Source: Escherichia phage ECBP1. From it: DNA of 64,000 nt. Positions 59,170-64,000 of the stretch are shown in pieces. Position numbers and translations under genes: made by a program. Positions within the stretch are counted from its first letter, which is position 1. Each line of letters begins with the position of its first letter. The stretch lies in the sequence record NC_018854.1; one strand, written 5' to 3'. The notes below the pieces were generated by a model that was not told the origin of the DNA, did no database searches, and saw nothing but the letters and a program-made list of their open reading frames with translations.

Positions 59170-59697
59170 TTATTCCTGTTCAAAAAGTTTACGGTCAGCC
59201 TGAATCTGTTTACCCAACTCAATTAGTTGGCTGTCACGGAGTCTAACAGTTGCCCGGAGTTCTTCAACCAAACGTCTGCCTTCTTCAAGACTGTTGTCGA
59301 GTCTGGCTGCATGGCTTGCAAGACTTCTGCACTCAAAGGTTCCGGCTTCGGCTTGACGTTTATATACCGATGCTCGTCTTTCAGACTGTTGCATCCGGCT
59401 GTCATAATCACTGCTAACGCGAGCAAGCTCGCTTGCGTAATTACTCTCAGCCGTCTGCAACCGGGAAGTGAGTAACCCGACTTCGTAACTATGGTTTCTT
59501 TGGAGAGCATTGTATTTGTCCTGTAATTTTTGTAGTGCCTTCTGATCTTCAACCTTTTGGGCATCCCACTTCTTTTGAACAGTAGACTGTCCATTGGAAT
59601 TACCCCAAAAGTAAATGGTGGCCCCGAGGACCACCACCAGAAGATAAGGCCAACCTTTAGAGATTAGCATCTTCATTACATGCCTCCAGTGGCACAT
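59170..59697 (-). CDS. i-spanin (Rz-like)
   Basis: N-terminal TM helix then coiled-coil-like sequence; start may be at an internal Met. Confidence 0.5.
   Translation of the reverse strand: MCHWRHVMKMLISKGWPYLLVVVLGATIYFWGNSNGQSTVQKKWDAQKVEDQKALQKLQDKYNALQRNHSYEVGLLTSRLQTAESNYASELARVSSDYDSRMQQSERRASVYKRQAEAGTFECRSLASHAARLDNSLEEGRRLVEELRATVRLRDSQLIELGKQIQADRKLFEQE
59223..59510 (-). CDS. o-spanin (Rz1-like lipoprotein) embedded in the +1 frame of the i-spanin gene
   Basis: [12 protein letters not shown] lipobox-like segment, then Pro-rich KPKPEP; start uncertain (track ORF 59223-59594). Confidence 0.4.
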   Translation of the reverse strand: MLSKETIVTKSGYSLPGCRRLRVITQASLLALAVIMTAGCNSLKDEHRYINVKPKPEPLSAEVLQAMQPDSTTVLKKADVWLKNSGQLLDSVTAN

Positions 59698-60292
59698 TGC
59701 CTATTCGGTTAGCTACCCAACCATACGTAAAGTCTGGCATGTTTAATGAGGTGTAGTGGTTAAGTTGTTTAGCATCAAGTAACTTAATCATTACCTGACA
59801 TGCTGCAACTTTGCCTCGTTTTTTCTGTAATGCTTTATATGCATTAACAGTACTTGTACCGACTTTACCATCAACCTGTATTTTAGGGTAGTCTTTGCCA
59901 TCACGGGACATTTCATTAAGAGATTGCTGCAACCACTTAGCCGGACGGGTTACACCCGTATTAACACCAGCATCTACCAGCTTATGTGTTACAGCAGGAG
60001 ATATATCAGCGAAGGCTACGAAGTTAGGCTTAAGTACGTAATCATCAATGTATATCTCAGCAGCCATCTCTTTAGATAAACCCTTCATAGAACCATCCCA
60101 GCCATACTCAGTAGCCAGAACTTCTTTGTGAGATTTAGCTACAGCTTGGGTAATACCATGATTGGTTTCACCACCTGGGTCACGAGGATTATTTACATAT
60201 CCCCCTTCCATATAAAACACTGCCCCCAGGATAGCAGCGACAACTCCTCCCACTGCACCACCTTTCGTAGCAAGTTTCTGTTTAGCTTTCAT
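59657..60292 (-). CDS. signal-anchored (SAR-type) endolysin, GH108-like N-acetylmuramidase
   Basis: N-terminal GGAVGGVVAAILGAVFY then EGGYVNNPRDPGGETNHGIT. Confidence 0.6.
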   Translation of the reverse strand: MKAKQKLATKGGAVGGVVAAILGAVFYMEGGYVNNPRDPGGETNHGITQAVAKSHKEVLATEYGWDGSMKGLSKEMAAEIYIDDYVLKPNFVAFADISPAVTHKLVDAGVNTGVTRPAKWLQQSLNEMSRDGKDYPKIQVDGKVGTSTVNAYKALQKKRGKVAACQVMIKLLDAKQLNHYTSLNMPDFTYGWVANRIGNVPLEACNEDANL

Positions 60293-60542
60293 GTGAATCT
60301 TCCTTTGATCGGAATCGTATTAATCTGCCTACAATATTTAAGGCAAACAGCGCGATTGCAATATTGGAACCATGGGGAATATCTTCCAGGATGTGACGAG
60401 GTAATCCTGTCAGCATTGGTTGAATGATATCTATGGTAGAAAACATAATTAACCCGAGCGTACTAATCTGGATGGATGCCCACTTCCAGCATCTTTTCCA
60501 GTTAGGTACTAACTCTACTTTTCTTTTTAGCCTGCGAACCAT
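60282..60542 (-). CDS. holin-like membrane protein (two TM segments)
   Basis: ISTLGLIMFSTIDII and IAIALFALNIVGRLI with charged C-terminus; start at internal Met (track 60282-60608). Confidence 0.35.
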   Translation of the reverse strand: MVRRLKRKVELVPNWKRCWKWASIQISTLGLIMFSTIDIIQPMLTGLPRHILEDIPHGSNIAIALFALNIVGRLIRFRSKEDSHES

Positions 60543-60856
60543 GCGAATATCTCCCGTCTTGCAGCAGCCAATACACCAATAATTGCACCTGCCCCAGCCC
60601 ACACCCACTTACCAAAAATTCCAGCACCAACAACTTTATGCTTAATGGTGATGAACTCTTCAATAGTAGGTTCATTCTTAGCTAAGCTATCCTCCACATT
60701 TTTTAGTCTATTGCCTATGTCATTGATTGAATCCCGTAGTTCTACCAGAGTTTCCTCCAGCTTCTCACGATCCTGCCTGTCCCTTGTCTGGTTCTCAAAC
60801 AGAGTCTTCAATCGTTCCTCCAGTCTGACTAGAAGCAGTTCACCTGATTCATTCAT
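60527..60856 (-). CDS. coiled-coil protein with C-terminal TM anchor (possible lysis regulator)
   Basis: Charged helical N-terminus then GAGIFGKWVWAGAGAIIGVLAAA. Confidence 0.4.
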   Translation of the reverse strand: MNESGELLLVRLEERLKTLFENQTRDRQDREKLEETLVELRDSINDIGNRLKNVEDSLAKNEPTIEEFITIKHKVVGAGIFGKWVWAGAGAIIGVLAAARREIFAWFAG

Positions 60857-61068
60857 AAAATTACCGTAGTGATGTAGTTAGATTCCCCAACAGGGCCATA
60901 TCATAAGATGACTCTTAGATAATACTTAGTATGATGGGATACATCCAGACATAGTGTCTGGTAGCAACCCATGGTGGATGGTATTCAGTTAGGTATGTTT
61001 AACATATCCGGGCAAGTAATTACCCTAACAGCAGTATCGGTTAGGGTAATGCAAACAGTAACTCTATA

Positions 61069-61092
61069 TAAGAAAAGGCCCAAACTGGGCCT
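61069..61092 (-). terminator. intrinsic terminator after the tail gene
   Basis: Minus strand reads ggccc-agttt-gggcc followed by ttttctt. Confidence 0.5.
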
Positions 61093-61101
61093 TAGTTTTA
61101 A

Positions 61102-63216
61102 TTAAATCAATCCGTAAACTGCATTGTGTATTACGACGCCCCCAACAACTGAAGAAACATTAAAATTAATTTCAGCTTTGTAGGCTCCTTGTGGAACGCA
61201 ATCCACCAAAGCATAAAAGTTGAACGTGTTTACCACTGGGATGATATATCCTATGGAATCCGCAACAGCATTTCCTTGCTGGTCCAGGAATCTAATTGAC
61301 GCCAGGGTGGTTGTTGTATTTTTAGCCCAAAAACCAAGCTGAAAATAACGACCCGGTTCACAATCAATGATTGTTTGAGTGAAGTTAGCTGCTGCATCTG
61401 CTGATGGTACAGATAAAACAAAAGAAGTTGTAAACATTAAATCGTTAGGAACATCGTTTGCTGTAGTAGCAGTGACAGCACCTGTTCCAGTTTGAGAGAG
61501 TGTCCAGTTAGATGTATTTCCAAACTGTCCTGAGCCATTGCTAATACTATTAATATAAGGGCTTACAATGCTTCCTAGATTCCAGTTAGTTGTAATAAAG
61601 CCTGCACGAGGGAAGCACCCTCTAGACATTACTTTCTTGCTAGAGCCACCTATCAACTGTCTTGTGGCAAATCCAGTAGCAATCGTTGTGTTACCGTAGA
61701 GGGGCAATGAGCAGTTATTTAAACTAACTACCCCGTCACCATTACTAGCAATAGGCACTGTACTGTAGCCTTCCGGAAGCAGAATAGTAGAATCTTTAAT
61801 ACTGAGGCGTGAGCTTCCACTCACAGTAAAGCCTACAAAGCTCTGCCCAGGTTGATACTCAATATTACCGTTAGCAAATACTAGGGTAGCATTATCACTT
61901 AATGCCACTGCTGGATCGAAGTAGCCTGCCTTTTTACCTGCTGGTAATGAGCATGAATCAAAGATGAACTGCCCATTCTCAAAAGTAAATGGACCCCCAT
62001 TATCAACCATCCAGCAGTGGTTGAATTTTATAACCTCACCAGTATTAGCCGGGGAATTAAAGATTACAGAGTTAGTAAAACTGCGAGAAATAGTGCACTT
62101 ATCAAATAGAATACGGTATGCATTATCTTTAAACTCAATACCTGCGGTAGATATAAACCCACAGTTAGATATACGTAATTCTGCTATCTCCCCTCCAGTA
62201 CTACTACCCAAACACATCTTTCGAGTACCTTTACCTACAAAGGAAATACCTGTTAATAGGGCAGTAGCATTAATGGCATCACGAGCTGTGTAATCCGTAT
62301 TAGAGTTGATTATGGTTAAGTAATACTCTCCTGTTACACCTTCCAGTTCCGTAAGGGTACACTTATTAGCTCCTACTAAAGCCCCCTTAGCTACATCCAG
62401 TAAGATAGGTGTACTGATAGTCCCTGATGTAGGTACAAGACAATCGTAACCGGCAGAGTTTACCTTGTTAATGAATGGGGCAATATCCCCCGTACCAGTA
62501 TAACCTGCATCATATACCGTAGCAGTACCTTCAAAGAACTTACGCTTCCAGACCACACCTGCACCGGTGAAAGTTACAACTTCATCTACAGGAGTAGTAT
62601 TAGGAACCGCAATCATAATACCCCCACCAACGGAAGAGCCTGAGTATGAATCTAGCATTACACTAGACCCTACTGTTGCTCCGACAGAAGCCAGGGCAGT
62701 TACGTCAGGTACACTACCAATTAAGGTCATACCATCCTGAGATGCCAACTGAGCACGCAAATTAGGATCCGTTTGAGACTTCCAGTCCGTGTTGCCAACA
62801 GGGTTGGTCCCTTCAACAATAGTTACGGGTAGAGAACCTAAGTAGGTATAACCAATACCATTATGCATCAAAAGCTCATTTCGAGTATTTACTACTAAGC
62901 CCGTAGTAAATGAATCAGATAAGCATACAAACTCTCTACGTGCAGCAGCCAGTTCACCCAAATCAACTGTACCTGCTGAATGAACCAAGACTGCATGTTC
63001 ACTGAGACTTACAGCAATGGTTCCTGCTGGAAGTACAGGCAATGAGTAAGCACGTTGAGTAGTCTTGTCATAAATGACTTTGTATCCACCCAAGTCTACT
63101 CCTACAGAAAAGTAGACCACTTCATTCTGCTTAATACCAAACTTACGGGCAATGGCTTGCTTGTTGGTAAGAATACCAGTGGAACCTTTACCGCCTTGAC
63201 TGAACATCTCGTTCAT
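61102..63216 (-). CDS. tail fiber/tailspike-like protein with probable beta-helix
   Basis: 704 aa; repetitive G/S/T/N-rich beta strands (ISNCGFISTAGIEFKDNAYRILFDKCTISRSF). Confidence 0.5.
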   Translation of the reverse strand: MNEMFSQGGKGSTGILTNKQAIARKFGIKQNEVVYFSVGVDLGGYKVIYDKTTQRAYSLPVLPAGTIAVSLSEHAVLVHSAGTVDLGELAAARREFVCLSDSFTTGLVVNTRNELLMHNGIGYTYLGSLPVTIVEGTNPVGNTDWKSQTDPNLRAQLASQDGMTLIGSVPDVTALASVGATVGSSVMLDSYSGSSVGGGIMIAVPNTTPVDEVVTFTGAGVVWKRKFFEGTATVYDAGYTGTGDIAPFINKVNSAGYDCLVPTSGTISTPILLDVAKGALVGANKCTLTELEGVTGEYYLTIINSNTDYTARDAINATALLTGISFVGKGTRKMCLGSSTGGEIAELRISNCGFISTAGIEFKDNAYRILFDKCTISRSFTNSVIFNSPANTGEVIKFNHCWMVDNGGPFTFENGQFIFDSCSLPAGKKAGYFDPAVALSDNATLVFANGNIEYQPGQSFVGFTVSGSSRLSIKDSTILLPEGYSTVPIASNGDGVVSLNNCSLPLYGNTTIATGFATRQLIGGSSKKVMSRGCFPRAGFITTNWNLGSIVSPYINSISNGSGQFGNTSNWTLSQTGTGAVTATTANDVPNDLMFTTSFVLSVPSADAAANFTQTIIDCEPGRYFQLGFWAKNTTTTLASIRFLDQQGNAVADSIGYIIPVVNTFNFYALVDCVPQGAYKAEINFNVSSVVGGVVIHNAVYGLI

Positions 63217-63263
63217 ACGAACCTCTTTGTTTTTCTATTAAAGGTCACTTAGTGACCCTTTGC

Positions 63264-64000
63264 TTAAATAATGTTAATTGGAATAAGGGAAACTGTAATG
63301 TTACCCGGAACGTAAGTGAGTAAATCCCCTACTACAGATTTAATTCTGACATTAGTTGGTAGTGTAGGGAGCTTGTATGACTTCTGCTGAGAAGCTACAT
63401 ACACAACCACTTTACCATTCAAGTAGGTAACAGTATCCGTATCTAAAATTATCTCAGAATCCCGTAAGTTGAATCCGCGAGCTACTTCCTGGATTGTTCT
63501 ATCAGAAACATAAATTATTTCTTGATTGCCCCCAATAGTAATAATTACCCTATCATCGGTTACAAGTGGTTCTGTCAGGAAGATTCTCTTATTCTCTGCA
63601 TCGACAGTGTATGACTTATTGGGCAAACCTTTATACAATCTTGCCCCATTCTTATACACAGCAGGTACATCAATGAAAGCGAATGGGATATCTATAACCT
63701 GCTCACCTCCTACAGCATTACCAAAATTGTATAACCAGTTAACAACCTTCCAGTTATCAATAGCAACAGTATCTGGGGAAGCAGGCACACCTGTAAGGAA
63801 CATAATAACTTCGTCACCTTCTTCCAGTTCCTGAGCTAATTTAATCTCAGTATCACCAGTAGAATATGTGAAACCCTTCCCATTGAGCTGTGTGAATCCC
63901 CCTACTGTAATAAAAGGTATGCCAACGGTATCAAACTCAACTGGTATAGAAGTTTCCCCTCCAGCAGAGGTATACCCAACAACTATATAGGTATTTGTAT
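63264..64000 (-). CDS. tail-associated structural protein, 5'-truncated by the window end
   Basis: Minus-strand frame stays open from 63264 to the window edge; track Met at 63803 is internal. Confidence 0.45.
   Translation of the reverse strand, partial: TNTYIVVGYTSAGGETSIPVEFDTVGIPFITVGGFTQLNGKGFTYSTGDTEIKLAQELEEGDEVIMFLTGVPASPDTVAIDNWKVVNWLYNFGNAVGGEQVIDIPFAFIDVPAVYKNGARLYKGLPNKSYTVDAENKRIFLTEPLVTDDRVIITIGGNQEIIYVSDRTIQEVARGFNLRDSEIILDTDTVTYLNGKVVVYVASQQKSYKLPTLPTNVRIKSVVGDLLTYVPGNITVSLIPINII

Noticed and set aside
47738-63834. Plus-strand ORFs scattered through the late block (e.g. 53861-54961, 50873-51394, 63526-63834)
   Set aside because: They overlap long minus-strand structural genes arranged in a coherent operon and have no RBS or motif support.
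1-64000. CRISPR array, integrase/attachment site, transposase or toxin-antitoxin pair
   Set aside because: No direct-repeat/spacer periodicity, no recombinase-like ORF and no classic TA pair was seen; gene content is that of a strictly lytic phage.

Overview
This window reads as most of the genome of an N4-like (Schitoviridae-type) lytic podophage. Plus strand, about 1-36.5 kb: early and middle genes, including many small ORFs, a split T7-like RNA polymerase II (5210-7454), an AAA+/vWA pair, dCTP deaminase-like and ThyX genes, rIIA/rIIB-like genes, a helicase, a family A DNA polymerase, an HNH-AP2 homing endonuclease, a PD-(D/E)XK nuclease, a primase-like gene, an SSB-like gene and a RuvC-like gene. 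About 33.6-35.45 kb is a non-coding RNA island with one canonical tRNA and four tRNA-like T-arm/acceptor elements that I could not fold into cloverleaves. Minus strand, 36.57-64 kb: the late block, with a giant 3576-aa virion RNA polymerase, virion proteins, a capsid protein, a portal, a lysis cassette (embedded spanin pair, signal-anchored GH108 endolysin, holin-like protein) and beta-helix tail proteins; the last tail gene runs off the window end. No integrase, CRISPR array or transposase was seen. The best candidates for something undescribed are a terminator-flanked two-gene cassette just upstream of the late block, containing a DUF2829 (Tad2-like, candidate anti-Thoeris) protein with an unexplained N-terminal extension; the decayed tRNA-like island; a homing-endonuclease insertion marked by a diverged duplicate of the neighbouring gene's 5' end; and a DUF4326-like early gene module. 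All family assignments come from motifs read by eye and from recalled gene order, not from database searches. My line indexing disagreed with the ORF track by 1 nt in places, so hand-derived coordinates (tRNA, hairpins, terminators) may be off by 1-2 nt.
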